Positions 49,845-59,688 of a stretch of DNA of 64,000 nucleotides are shown here, piece after piece (within the stretch, counting starts at the first letter, position 1; each line of letters opens with the position of its first letter). The position numbers and the translations under genes are program-made. The DNA is from an uncultured Bacillota bacterium. Its GTDB lineage: Bacteria > Sysuimicrobiota > Sysuimicrobiia > Sysuimicrobiales > Segetimicrobiaceae. The stretch lies in assembly GCA_963804645.1 (NCBI GenBank), contig CAWDRG010000009.1:1216001-1280000 (forward strand). The letters are read 5' to 3'. Under the pieces are notes generated by a model. The model did no database searches, was not told the origin of the DNA, and saw nothing but the letters and a program-made list of their open reading frames with translations.

Positions 49845-50708
49845 ATGCGGGCCTGGGGCGTCGCGCGGACGGCGGCGGTGCGAGCCTGGGGTGCCGCACG
49901 GCCGGTGGTGCTCTACACCGGGGTGGCGGTCGCCTGCCTGGTCGTGGGATTTCCTATCTACTGGATGGCGGCGAGCGCGCTCGAGCCGGGAAGCCTGTTC
50001 AACTTTCCGCCGAGCTTCTTTCCGCTGCACCCGGTCTGGTCGAACTTCACGCAGATCTTCACGATCAACCCGCTGGCGCACTGGCTCGCGAACAGCCTGT
50101 TCGTCGCAGCGGGCACGATGCTGTGCTCGGTCGCCCTCAGCATCCACGCGGCGTACGGAATGTCGCGGCTCCGGACCCGGCCCGTCGTCGCGCTCGGGTT
50201 TCTGATGCTCATCGGACAGATGATCCCCGTCACGGTCCTGACGATTCCGTTCTACATCTTGTTTAGCGAACTGCACCTGCTCGACACGCTCAGCGGCGTC
50301 GTCATCGCGACGACGACGTTCACGGTCCCGCTCTGCTTATGGATGCTCAAGGGATTCTTCGACGGCGTGCCCCGCGAGCTCGACGAGGCCGCGCTCACGG
50401 ACGGCTGCACCCGCTTGGGGTCCCTGTACCGCGTGGTGCTGCCGTCGGCCCTCCCCGGTGTCGTGGCCGCCGCGACCTTCGGCTTCATGACCGGCTGGAA
50501 CGAGTTCTTCTTCGCGAGTATTTTTCTGAGCACCGAGACGAAATGGGTCGGGACCGTGGGACTCGTGACTTACATGGGGCAGTACTTCGTCCAGTGGTCG
50601 GCGCTGATGGCCACGGCGTTCGTGATCTCGCTCGTGCCGGCGGTGCTCTTTCTGCGCACGCAGCGGTACATGATGGCGGGCATCACGCAGGGCGCGGTGA
50701 AGACATGA
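49845..50708 (+). CDS. Carbohydrate ABC permease
   Basis: EAA loop 'ELDEAALTDGC', 'WNEFFFA', 'GAVKT'. Confidence 0.88.
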   Translation: MRAWGVARTAAVRAWGAARPVVLYTGVAVACLVVGFPIYWMAASALEPGSLFNFPPSFFPLHPVWSNFTQIFTINPLAHWLANSLFVAAGTMLCSVALSIHAAYGMSRLRTRPVVALGFLMLIGQMIPVTVLTIPFYILFSELHLLDTLSGVVIATTTFTVPLCLWMLKGFFDGVPRELDEAALTDGCTRLGSLYRVVLPSALPGVVAAATFGFMTGWNEFFFASIFLSTETKWVGTVGLVTYMGQYFVQWSALMATAFVISLVPAVLFLRTQRYMMAGITQGAVKT

Positions 50709-50742
50709 GCGCGCGCCCGACGGCGCGCGGGGAGGAACGACG

Positions 50743-51798
50743 GTGCTGAAGGTCGCGGTGATCGGCGCCGGGCTGCTCGGGGCCCGGCACGCGCGAGTGT
50801 ACGCCGAGCACGCGGGATGCCAGCTCGTCGCGGTCTGCGATCTCGACCGCGGACGCGCGGAGGATGTCGCGTCGCGCTACGGGGCACGCGCCTACACGTC
50901 GCTGGAAGAGCTGCTGCGTGCGGGCGCGGATGCCGTCTCGGTCGCGACCCCGGACCACGCGCACTACGCGCCCGTCGCCGCGTGCCTGGAGGCCGGCGCC
51001 CATGTGTTCCTCGAGAAGCCGCTCACGATCGACCCGGCCGAGGCCCGGGCGCTGATCCGGCTCGCGACCGAGCGCCGCCGCGTCCTCATGGTGAACTACA
51101 GCCAGCGCTGGCTGCCCGAGCACCGCCGCATCGAGCAGCTGATCGCCTCCGGCGCGCTCGGGGAGATCGTCTTCGTCGAGTCGCACCGCTGGGACGCGGC
51201 CTGGGTGCCGACGCGCATGATCGCGCCGTGGGCGGAGCGCACGACGCCGATCCACTTCATGTCGAGCCACGACATCGATCTCATTCTGTCGTGGACCGGG
51301 CGGCGCGCGCAGCGTGTCTACGCGGTGTCCCACCGCGGGGCGCTCGGGCGCCCGAACGTCGTGGACGGCTACCAGGCGCTGATCGGGCTCGAGGGCGGCG
51401 TCCGGGTGAGCCTGCACTCGTCCTGGATCCTGCCCGAGACGTTTCCGTCGGCCGCCGACAGCCGCCTCGAGATCCTCGGCGCGCGCGGCGCCGTCTTCTT
51501 CGACGGCAACCGGCGCGAGATGTCGGTGTTCGCGCCGGGGCACAGCGAGCGCGTGCTGTTCGGAGGCCCGCGGACCGCCGACGAGGTCGGCGGCCGGATC
51601 GTCGGGGCGTTCGTGGACTCGCTCCAGGCGTTTCTGGACGCGGTGGCGGCGGACGATCGAGACGGGCCGACGTCGGCCCGCCGCACGCTGCCCGTCGTGG
51701 AGCTGCAGGCCGCGGTCCTCGCGTCCGCGGAGCGGGGCAGCGAGGTCACGGTAGACGCGGAGCCGCCCGAGGCGGCGCAGGAGGGGAGACGGTCATGA
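50743..51798 (+). CDS. Gfo/Idh/MocA-family oxidoreductase
   Basis: 'VIGAGLLG', 'VATPDHAH', 'HVFLEKP', 'SHDIDL'. Confidence 0.88.
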   Translation: MLKVAVIGAGLLGARHARVYAEHAGCQLVAVCDLDRGRAEDVASRYGARAYTSLEELLRAGADAVSVATPDHAHYAPVAACLEAGAHVFLEKPLTIDPAEARALIRLATERRRVLMVNYSQRWLPEHRRIEQLIASGALGEIVFVESHRWDAAWVPTRMIAPWAERTTPIHFMSSHDIDLILSWTGRRAQRVYAVSHRGALGRPNVVDGYQALIGLEGGVRVSLHSSWILPETFPSAADSRLEILGARGAVFFDGNRREMSVFAPGHSERVLFGGPRTADEVGGRIVGAFVDSLQAFLDAVAADDRDGPTSARRTLPVVELQAAVLASAERGSEVTVDAEPPEAAQEGRRS

Positions 51799-52961
51799 AG
51801 GTCGTGGACCTTGTGGTCGACCGGATCAACATCGCGTTCACCCACACCATGTCGTCGGCGACGTCCCGAGCGAGCGGGATGAGCAAGTGCATCGTGCGGC
51901 TCCGCACCGACGACGGCGTGGAGGGACTCGGCGAGGCCCCGGGCGGCGACGCCACCCACGTGGAGATTCTGCGGGCGTACGCGGAGCTGCAGGGCCAGGA
52001 TCCGTTTCGCATCGAGGCGATCGTCGAGCGGCTGCCAGGGCCGCACCGCGGCCTGTACGGCCCGACCCCGACGGCGATCTCCGCGCTGGAGATGGCGCTG
52101 TGGGATATCAAGGGCAAGGCCGTCGGCCGGCCGGTGTGCGACCTGCTCGGCGGCCGGTATCGGAGCCGGGTCGCGGTGTGCGCGCCCCTGTTCACGCACG
52201 AGGACGCGGAAACCGATTTCGCGTCCGCGACCGTGGCGCTCGCGGACGAGGCGATCGCGCGCTTTGGGTTCAGCGCGGTCAAGGTCAAAGCGGGCGTGTA
52301 TCGGCCGGGGGCGGAGCTCGGCGCCCTGCGCGCGCTGCGGACGAAGTTCGGCGACGGGCTCGCGATGCGCGTCGACCCGAACGGCGTGTGGTCGCCGGAG
52401 GAGAGCATCCGGTTCGGTCAGCGCGCCCTCGATCTGGATCTCGAATGGATGGAGGACCCGACGTGGGGCATCGCGGGGATGCGCCGGGTCCGCGCGAGCG
52501 TGCCGATCCCGCTCGCCACGAACATGTGCGTGCGGAACTTCGACGAGGTGCCGGTCGCGATCCGTGAGGACGCGGTCGACGTGATCCTGGGCGACCACCG
52601 CATCTGGGGCGGGATGTGGCCGACGCGGAAGCTCGCGGCGCTGTGCGAAGGGATGAACATCGGGTTTGGGCTGCACAGCTCGCACGAGCTGGGCATCGCG
52701 ACCGCCGCGCGGGTGCACCTGGCGGCGGCCACCGCACATCTCAGCTATCCGATCGACGTGACGCACTGGTTTCACGCCGACGACGTGGTCGTCGGCGGCG
52801 GACTGCCGATCGTCTCGGGGATGATCGACGTGCCGACGGGCCCCGGCCTCGGGGTCGCGTTGGATCGCGAGGCGCTCGCGCGCGGCGTCGCCAGCTACGA
52901 GCACGACGGCGAGCACGTGTCGACGTTCACGAATCCGTCCCGCTACCGGTGGTGGGCGTAG
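51795..52961 (+). CDS. Enolase-superfamily enzyme, glucarate-dehydratase-like
   Basis: 'EMALWDIKGKAVGRPVCDLLGG', 'KVKAG', 'DPNG', 'EDPT', 'ATNMC', 'HSSHELG', 'PTGPGLG'. Confidence 0.85.
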   Translation: MKVVDLVVDRINIAFTHTMSSATSRASGMSKCIVRLRTDDGVEGLGEAPGGDATHVEILRAYAELQGQDPFRIEAIVERLPGPHRGLYGPTPTAISALEMALWDIKGKAVGRPVCDLLGGRYRSRVAVCAPLFTHEDAETDFASATVALADEAIARFGFSAVKVKAGVYRPGAELGALRALRTKFGDGLAMRVDPNGVWSPEESIRFGQRALDLDLEWMEDPTWGIAGMRRVRASVPIPLATNMCVRNFDEVPVAIREDAVDVILGDHRIWGGMWPTRKLAALCEGMNIGFGLHSSHELGIATAARVHLAAATAHLSYPIDVTHWFHADDVVVGGGLPIVSGMIDVPTGPGLGVALDREALARGVASYEHDGEHVSTFTNPSRYRWWA

Positions 52962-53098
52962 CCGCACGCGGGAGCGGTACGGTGCTCGGACCTCGGTCGC
53001 GGTCGGCCCCTCGGCGGTGCCCCAGCGCCTGACGCACGCATGCCCTCGTAGGTGGCAGGCCTCGGCGGGTCCGTTGTACGTGCAAACATCTGAGTGTA

Positions 53099-53127
53099 TT
53101 GACATCTAAATATCTATCTGTTACGTT
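53099..53127 (+). promoter_or_regulatory. Putative sigma70 promoter upstream of ssb
   Basis: TTGACA-17 nt-TACGTT with a TG extension, in an AT-rich patch. Confidence 0.55.
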
Positions 53128-53275
53128 GCATCCACGAGCTTGGTTGGACGTCTGACGCAGGCCTGTGGCGGCGGCGGGCGAGGTGGAGACGGCCCATCGG
53201 GAGTCTCCCGGAGCATGCGGCACACGGCAGACGGTGTCACGAGCCACATACCACGAACGTGTCGGAGGTGACGGC

Positions 53276-53680
53276 GTGCTGAACCGAATCCAGTTGATCG
53301 GACGGCTGACCCGGGACCCAGAGCTGCGCTACATTTCGAGCGGACAGCCGATGGCCCAGTTCACGCTGGCCGTGGATCGCGACTTTCGGAACACGGAGGG
53401 CGAACACGAGGCCGATTTCATTCAGTGCGTCACCTGGCGCACCCTTGCCGAACAAGTCGGCCAGTACTGCGCCAAGGGGCGGCTCGTCGCGGTGGAAGGA
53501 CGGCTCCAGACGCGCAGCTATGAGGCACAGGACGGCACCCGCCGGAAGTCCACCGAGGTGGTCGGCGACCGCGTGTGGTTTCTCGACCGTCCCCGTGGGG
53601 ACGCGCGCGCCGACGCGCCCGACGAGGAGACCGTGCCTGATGCCCTCGCCGAGGCGGAGGACCCGACGCCCTCGCACTAA
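53276..53680 (+). CDS. ssb: Single-stranded DNA-binding protein (short tail)
   Basis: RBS GGAGGTG, GTG start; 'NRIQLIGRLTRDPELRY', 'FTLAVDR', 'KGRLVAVEGRLQTRSY'; ends '...DPTPSH', without the usual DDIPF-type tip. Confidence 0.9.
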   Translation: MLNRIQLIGRLTRDPELRYISSGQPMAQFTLAVDRDFRNTEGEHEADFIQCVTWRTLAEQVGQYCAKGRLVAVEGRLQTRSYEAQDGTRRKSTEVVGDRVWFLDRPRGDARADAPDEETVPDALAEAEDPTPSH

Positions 53681-53710
53681 CGCAGTCCGCGTGTTGATCG
53701 ACTGCTGATG

Positions 53711-53952
53711 CCGTTGCGTGGACGGGGCACCCGTTGTGGTGGACGTTCCTCCCCCCTCCGGAGCGTCGGGCGCCCGCGGCGCCCCCTCGTCCACCAGCGT
53801 CCACAGTGGTACGCAGGGTAGGGCGCGCGGTTTGAGCGCGCGATGCCCACTGTAGTTCCGGTCGTGTCCCCTCGCGCCGTCTAGGCGCGCGCCACTTTCT
53901 GTCCCGCGTTTCCCCTTCGCCTGCGCCGCCCCGAATTCGGGCGCGGCGCAGG
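53711..53952. repeat. Nested direct/inverted repeats and a long palindrome between ssb and the relaxase-like gene
   Basis: GTGGACG at 53718 and 53739, with reverse complements CGTCCAC at 53788 and 53798; palindrome CCTGCGCCGCCCCGAATTCGGGCGCGGCGCAGG at 53920-53952 (one bulge). Confidence 0.6.
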
Positions 53953-54043
53953 TCTCGCCATGCCCTCGCCGTCCTGGCCTCGGCCGCGTCCCCGACGTCT
54001 CGCATGCGCTCGTCATCACACGCATCGAAAGGAGATGATCGCC

Positions 54044-54928
54044 ATGGCATCTGCTCCGGCCGCGGCCTCGCTGCTGCGGTTGACGTCGCGCGACCGCCTG
54101 CTGGTCACACTGCTCGCAGAGCTTCGGTATCTCACGGTGCACCAGGTCCGGCAGGCATGTTTCCCAACGCTCTCGAGCCGAGCGGCCTCGCAGCGGCTGT
54201 CACTGCTTCGCGGCCGCGGGGTGCTCGACTGCCTGCGCCACCGCACGTTCGACGACCGCCGGGCGTTTTGGGGGCTCGGCGCGCTCGGGCGCGCCGCCGC
54301 CGCAGCGCTCTCCGACGGCATCCCGCTCCGTCCGGCATCGGTGGTGGTGGGCGCGCTGTTGATGGACCATCTCGTGGCGACGAACCAGATCTTCTGCGAC
54401 CTGTGCGGCGCGTGGCGCGCCGGAGGGCTCGCACCCTTCTCATGGGTCGGCAGCCACCACGCGCGCGTGGATCTCGGACTGACGCATGTGGTGCCTGACG
54501 CGATGATCATCGTCCCCGGCCGTCGGGGCGAACGATGGCTGTACTGCCTCGAGCGCGATCGCGGCACGATGTCCGCGGACGCGCTGGCCGACAAGTTCGC
54601 TCGGTACCGGCTCATGCACGAGCGAGCCCGCGAGCACCGGGGCGACCCGCTGTGGGATGCCCTCGCCGATTCGTGCCTCATGGTCGCCTGCGACGACGAG
54701 CCGCGGGCGGTGCGGGCCGCCGGGCTCGCCGCCGCCGCCGGCCTCGACCGTGTGTGGGCCGGCCTTGCGCAGGACTGCGCGGCGTCGCTGGCCGCGGCTG
54801 TGGAGTGTCCGGGCGGCCCGGAGGGCGGAGACCGCGCGTTCTCGGTCCGGCTGTCCGGGGTGCTCGGGGGCGTTCTCTACCCGCCGGAGCCCCTGGGGAC
54901 CGGCGCCGGCGCGGGAGATCCGTCATGA
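54044..54928 (+). CDS. Replication-relaxation family protein (MOBC-like relaxase, PD-(D/E)xK fold)
   Basis: 'LTSRDRLL...LRYLTVHQV...QRLSLL' wHTH-like N-terminus; 'DHLVATNQ'; 'VVPDA...LERDRGTM...LADKFARY'. Confidence 0.78.
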   Translation: MASAPAAASLLRLTSRDRLLVTLLAELRYLTVHQVRQACFPTLSSRAASQRLSLLRGRGVLDCLRHRTFDDRRAFWGLGALGRAAAAALSDGIPLRPASVVVGALLMDHLVATNQIFCDLCGAWRAGGLAPFSWVGSHHARVDLGLTHVVPDAMIIVPGRRGERWLYCLERDRGTMSADALADKFARYRLMHERAREHRGDPLWDALADSCLMVACDDEPRAVRAAGLAAAAGLDRVWAGLAQDCAASLAAAVECPGGPEGGDRAFSVRLSGVLGGVLYPPEPLGTGAGAGDPS

Positions 54929-56520
54929 AGCGCCGGGGGCTTGTCCTCGGTGGTCTGGTCGCGGCCTGCGGCGCGCTGGTCGTGCCGTCCCCGGGCAGCT
55001 GGTGGCTCGCCGGATGCGCGTGCGTGTCGATCTTGCTGGGGACACTCGGGACGGCGGACGCCGCCGGACGCGATCTGCCGCCGATCGCCACCGCGTCGTG
55101 GGCCGCGTGGTCCGAGGCGCGAGGATTCGCATCCCCGGGTCCGTTTCTGCTCGGGATGTGGCCCGGCGGCTCGCGACGGCTCTACCTCGGCGAGGAGCAG
55201 GTGTCGGGGCATGTGCTGGTGCTGGGCCCGTCGAGGTCCGGGAAGACCGCGGGCGCGATCGCGCCCAACATTCTCATGCGGGATCCGGCCCGGGAGAGCA
55301 TCATCGTGATGGACGTCAAGACCGGCCCGCGCGCGCTCTGGAACGTCGCGGCGGGCCGGTACGGCGATCGCGCCCACCTGTTCTGTCCGCTCTTCGAGGG
55401 GTCGGTCGGATACAATCCGCTCGACGACGTGCGCTCGATCGGCACGGCGCAGCGCAAAGCCGCGCTGCTGGTGCACAACACGACGCCGCGAGATCTGTCG
55501 GGCGACGCGCGGGTGTACACGGGGGCCGCGCGGGACCTTGCCGCGCTCCTGTTCCTGCACGTGCAGCAGGATCGTGAAGCGGGAGGGCACACCGTGGGGG
55601 CGGTGTACCGGCTGCTGCTCGGGGGCGCCGCCGCCGTCCGCGACGTACTGAGGGACAGCCGGATGCCCGAGGTGCGGGAGCGGCACGGCATGTTCGCGGC
55701 GCGGGAGCGTCGGGTGCAGGAGGCGGCAGTCACCGGGCTGCTCGAGCGCCTCGCCCCGTGGGCCGACCCGCTCATCTGCGACGCGACCGCGTCGCACTGG
55801 GATCTTGGGCGCCTCGGACGGGAGCCGATCGCCCTCTTCATTCTCCTGCCCGAGGACGAAGCCCAGCGGCTGCAGCCGCTCATTGCCTGGCTCGTCGCGG
55901 ACCTGCTCGACGGCCTCATCACACAGGCGGATCAAGACGGTCTCCGGTGCCCGGTCCGGATGTATCTGGACGAGTTCCGCCGCTTCGGCTATCTCTCCGG
56001 GCTGAGCGACCGGCTCGCCACGCTGCGGGAGCGGCGCGTCAGCGTCGTGCTCGGTCTGCAGGTCCTCAGCCAGCTCGAAGAAGTGTACGGCCCCAGGGAA
56101 GCGCGGACGCTGCTCGGCAACACGGAAACCAAAGTGATCTTTCGGGCCGGCGATCTCGAGACCGCTCGGATGACGAGCGCGTGGCTCGGGAATACCGCGG
56201 TCCCGTCCGTCTCGGTCACGCACGGGGAGCGGTCGGGGCGCAGCGCGACGATCCGCCCGTATGTGCGCCCGCTGGCCCCGCCCGAGGACCTCGTGCGGAT
56301 GCCGGAGCGCGCCGTGATCGTGCTGACGGGGACCGCGCGGCCGCTCGCGCTCTGGCAGGCGCGCTACTACGAGGCGGACGATCTCGCCGCGGTCGCGCCC
56401 CCCTTTCCGCTGCGGCGGCGTACGGGTCCGGTGCTCCCGCCGGCGGTCGGTCCCTCGCGCGGCGCCCGCGCGACGCCGCGTGCCGGGGCCCCGCGGCCGT
56501 CGGGCGGCGTGCGCCTGTAA
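54925..56520 (+). CDS. VirD4/TraG-family type IV coupling protein
   Basis: N-terminal hydrophobic segment; Walker A 'HVLVLGPSRSGKT', 'YNPLD', Walker B 'MYLDEF', 'LQVLSQLEEVYG', 'LLGNTETKVIF'; ATGA overlap with the relaxase-like gene. Confidence 0.85.
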   Translation: MKRRGLVLGGLVAACGALVVPSPGSWWLAGCACVSILLGTLGTADAAGRDLPPIATASWAAWSEARGFASPGPFLLGMWPGGSRRLYLGEEQVSGHVLVLGPSRSGKTAGAIAPNILMRDPARESIIVMDVKTGPRALWNVAAGRYGDRAHLFCPLFEGSVGYNPLDDVRSIGTAQRKAALLVHNTTPRDLSGDARVYTGAARDLAALLFLHVQQDREAGGHTVGAVYRLLLGGAAAVRDVLRDSRMPEVRERHGMFAARERRVQEAAVTGLLERLAPWADPLICDATASHWDLGRLGREPIALFILLPEDEAQRLQPLIAWLVADLLDGLITQADQDGLRCPVRMYLDEFRRFGYLSGLSDRLATLRERRVSVVLGLQVLSQLEEVYGPREARTLLGNTETKVIFRAGDLETARMTSAWLGNTAVPSVSVTHGERSGRSATIRPYVRPLAPPEDLVRMPERAVIVLTGTARPLALWQARYYEADDLAAVAPPFPLRRRTGPVLPPAVGPSRGARATPRAGAPRPSGGVRL

Positions 56521-56587
56521 GCCAGGGAGGCCTCTCCGCGGCGAAGAACCGGACGATCATGTGGCGGCATCCGACGGCCGGGGCACG

Positions 56588-57718
56588 ATGAGCGAGATTC
56601 CAGGCGCCGCCGACGTGGTCATCATCGGCGGAGGCATCGTCGGTGTCTCCGCCGCGTTTTTTCTCGCCGAGGCCGGCGGGATGCGCGTCGTGGTGCTCGA
56701 GCGGGGGGCGATTGGGTCGGGCGCCACCGGGCGGGCCGCCGGCGTGATTCTCCTGCAGGTCGAGTCCGAGGCGGAGGTGCGGCTGCAGCTCGACAGCCTG
56801 GCGCTGCACCGCCGGTTGTGCGACGAGCTCGGCACCGATCTCGCGGCGCACGGCAGCCTGCTGCTGTGGACCTCCGAGGACGAGGCGGCCGGCGCGCGCG
56901 AGCTCGCGGCCGTGCACCGCGCCTGTGGAATTCCTCTCGAGCTGCTCGACGCCGCGGAGATCCGCCGCCGCTTCTCGTATCTGGAGGCCGACGATGTCGT
57001 CCTGGCGACATTCTCGGCAGACGACCCGTGGGCGACGCCGCTCGCCGTCGTCCGGCGGCTCGCGGACGCGGCCCGCGCGCGCGGCGCCGCGATCTGCGAG
57101 CACTGCGAGGTCACCGGCGTCGACGTCGAGGACGGGCGGGTGTCGGGGGTCCGCACCGCCGCCGGGACGATTTCGACGCGCGCCGTCGTGAACGCGGCGG
57201 GCGCGTGGGCGCGGGTCGTGGGCGACCGGTCCGGGGTGCGGATCCCGGTGGCGCCCCGGAAGCGTCAGGTGTTCGTCCTGGATCCCCAGGGAACGCTGCC
57301 GCCGGACGCGCCGTTTATTATGGAAGAGCGGCGCGACTACTACTGCAAAATGCGGCCGAAAGGGCTCATCATGGTCTGCGGGCAGACCCGGGGCGACACG
57401 CTGGATCCGACGGTGGAGTGGGGGTACCTCGACGAGGCGCTCGAGCCGACGCGCCGCCGCATCCCGGCGCTTCGGCTGGCGCCGGTCACGGGCGCGTGGG
57501 CCGGGATCAGGCCGATGCCGCCCGACGGACGGCCCGTCATCGGCACGGTCCCGGGCCTTGAAGGCTACGTGGTTGCGGGCGGCCTCGCGGGGCAGGGCTT
57601 TGCGCGGGGCCCGCTCGCCGGCCAGATCGTGTCCGAGCTCGTGACGACCGGACGCTCGCAGCGGGATCTCGAACCCTACCGGCCCGACCGGTTCGGTCGG
57701 GAGCCGCGGGGCCGCTAG
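56588..57718 (+). CDS. FAD-dependent oxidoreductase (DAO / sarcosine oxidase beta-like)
   Basis: 'VVIIGGGIVG', 'GATGRAAG', 'VVNAAGAWA', 'WAGIRPMPPDGRPVIG'. Confidence 0.88.
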   Translation: MSEIPGAADVVIIGGGIVGVSAAFFLAEAGGMRVVVLERGAIGSGATGRAAGVILLQVESEAEVRLQLDSLALHRRLCDELGTDLAAHGSLLLWTSEDEAAGARELAAVHRACGIPLELLDAAEIRRRFSYLEADDVVLATFSADDPWATPLAVVRRLADAARARGAAICEHCEVTGVDVEDGRVSGVRTAAGTISTRAVVNAAGAWARVVGDRSGVRIPVAPRKRQVFVLDPQGTLPPDAPFIMEERRDYYCKMRPKGLIMVCGQTRGDTLDPTVEWGYLDEALEPTRRRIPALRLAPVTGAWAGIRPMPPDGRPVIGTVPGLEGYVVAGGLAGQGFARGPLAGQIVSELVTTGRSQRDLEPYRPDRFGREPRGR

Positions 57719-57724
57719 ACGCGG

Positions 57725-58501
57725 ATGTGGACCGACACGCACCTGCACCTCGATGACGCGGCCTTCGACCCTGACCGCGACGCGGTGGTCGCCCGCGCCC
57801 GAGACGCGGGCGTCGACGCGTTGATCTGCGCCGGCACGTCGGTGGACGGCAGCCGCCGTGCGATCGCACTCGCGGAGCGGTGCCCGGAGGTGTGGGCGAC
57901 GGTCGGGATCCATCCCCAAGAGGCCGCGGCGGCGAATGAGGAGGCGCTCCGCACCCTCGAGTCGCTGGCCCGCCATCCACGGGTGGTGGCGGTCGGCGAG
58001 ACGGGGCTCGACTACGTGCACGAGCGCGCGCCGCGAGCCGTGCAAGCAGATGCGTTTCGCGCGCACGTCCGTCTCGCCCGCACCGCCGGCCTCCCGCTCG
58101 TGGTCCACAATCGTGAGGCGCACGACGATGTCGAGCGGATACTACAGGAGGAAGGGGCGCCGTCCGTCGTCATGCACTGTTTCAGCGGCCCCCCCGAGAT
58201 CGCGACGCGGTGGGCCGCGATGGGCTGGATGCTCTCGTTCGCGGGCCCGCTCACCTTTGCACGGGCCGACGCCCTGCGGGAGGCCGCGCGGCGTGTGCCG
58301 GACGACCGGCTGCTGATCGAGACCGACGCGCCGTACCTGGCGCCGGCGCCCATGCGCGGGCGCCGATGCGAGCCGGCGTTCCTGGTGCATACCGGCCGGG
58401 CGCTGGCGGCCCTCACGGGCGTGGCCGAGGATGCGCTCGCGCGGGTGCTCGCCGAGAACGGCAAGAGGGTGTTCTTTGGTCCGCGGTTCGTGGTAAGGTA
58501 G
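57725..58501 (+). CDS. tatD: TatD-family DNase
   Basis: 'DTHLHL', 'VGIHP', 'VGETGLDY', 'VHNREA', 'MHCFSG', 'IETDAPYLAP'. Confidence 0.92.
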   Translation: MWTDTHLHLDDAAFDPDRDAVVARARDAGVDALICAGTSVDGSRRAIALAERCPEVWATVGIHPQEAAAANEEALRTLESLARHPRVVAVGETGLDYVHERAPRAVQADAFRAHVRLARTAGLPLVVHNREAHDDVERILQEEGAPSVVMHCFSGPPEIATRWAAMGWMLSFAGPLTFARADALREAARRVPDDRLLIETDAPYLAPAPMRGRRCEPAFLVHTGRALAALTGVAEDALARVLAENGKRVFFGPRFVVR

Positions 58502-58530
58502 GAGCGGGTGATGGAGGGGCGCGGTTCGTG

Positions 58531-59682
58531 ATGACGAAGAGTTCTCGCCGGTCTCTGCAGCGGGGAGCGTGGGCGTCCGTGGCGGTGCTGCTCGGCGTCA
58601 TGCTCACCGCCGGCCGCGTCCCGGTCGCGGCGCTGACCTTCCCGAGCGCCGCCGACGAGACCAAGTTGGGGGCGCAGATCGCCAAGCAGATCGAGACGCA
58701 CTACCGGCTCATCAACGAACCGCCACTCGTGGACCGCGTTACCACGGTGGGCGCCGCGCTCGCCAAGGTGGTGACCCGCCAGGACCTCACGTATCACTTT
58801 CTCATCGTCCAGTCGCCCGCGGTGAACTCATTTGCCGTTCCCGGCGGATGGGTGTACGTCACCCAGGGGATGATGCAGTTCGTCCGGACCGACGATGAGC
58901 TGGCGGCGGTGCTCGCCCACGAGCTGGCGCACATCGACCACCGAGACTACTACATCCAGCAGGATCGCGAGTCGCACCTGACCCCGGCCATGTGGGCCGC
59001 CCTCGCGGTGTCCATTCTGGCGCAGTCGCCCGGACCGTTTCTCGCCGCCCAGTACGGTATCCAGGGCTCGCTGTCGTCGTTCGAGCAGGATCTGGAACGG
59101 AACGCGGACGAAACCGCCGTCTTGTACCTCGCGAAGACGTCGTACTCGCCGGTCGCGATGCTGACCGTGCTCGAGCACCTTGCGGAAACCGACCGGCTGT
59201 CAGGGCAGGAGGCCGTGGACCAGCTGGTCCAGGACCACCCCGACACGAATGCGCGAGTCGCCGACGTCAGGGCGATGCTCCAGCAGCTCGGCATCCCGAT
59301 CGTCCGGCGGACCGCCGAGGGGTATCTGCGCATCAGCCTCGACCCGCCGAACCCGGCCGGCGCGCAGCCGGTGACGATCAGGGTGGACGGCAGACCGGTA
59401 CTCACGCTCGGCGCCGTCGTGGGAGGTCAGATGCCGCTCCAGCGGGCGCAGACAGTCGAGGATCAGCTCAACGGATTTTTCAACACCGATCCGGCGCCGT
59501 ACGACGTGCGCGTCAGCACGCTGCTGGGTCAATCGAGCGTCATCGGTGCGCAGACCGTCCTGTATCGGGTCGCTCCAGAGGACGCCAGCTACGCGCACGT
59601 CGACGCGGACGCGCTCGCGATGACGGTGCGCACCCAGCTGGCCCAGGCCATCGACAACGCTCCGTACAATCGCAAGTTCTGA
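58531..59682 (+). CDS. M48-family metallopeptidase, secreted
   Basis: Signal peptide; 'NSFAVPGGWVYV', 'ELAAVLAHELAH', 'ERNAD', 'DHPD'. Confidence 0.85.
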   Translation: MTKSSRRSLQRGAWASVAVLLGVMLTAGRVPVAALTFPSAADETKLGAQIAKQIETHYRLINEPPLVDRVTTVGAALAKVVTRQDLTYHFLIVQSPAVNSFAVPGGWVYVTQGMMQFVRTDDELAAVLAHELAHIDHRDYYIQQDRESHLTPAMWAALAVSILAQSPGPFLAAQYGIQGSLSSFEQDLERNADETAVLYLAKTSYSPVAMLTVLEHLAETDRLSGQEAVDQLVQDHPDTNARVADVRAMLQQLGIPIVRRTAEGYLRISLDPPNPAGAQPVTIRVDGRPVLTLGAVVGGQMPLQRAQTVEDQLNGFFNTDPAPYDVRVSTLLGQSSVIGAQTVLYRVAPEDASYAHVDADALAMTVRTQLAQAIDNAPYNRKF

Positions 59683-59688
59683 GCCGGC

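Noticed and set aside
52962..56587. Complete ICE or conjugative element
   Set aside because: No integrase, VirB4 or mating-pair genes, att repeats or composition shift; reported only as an orphan module.
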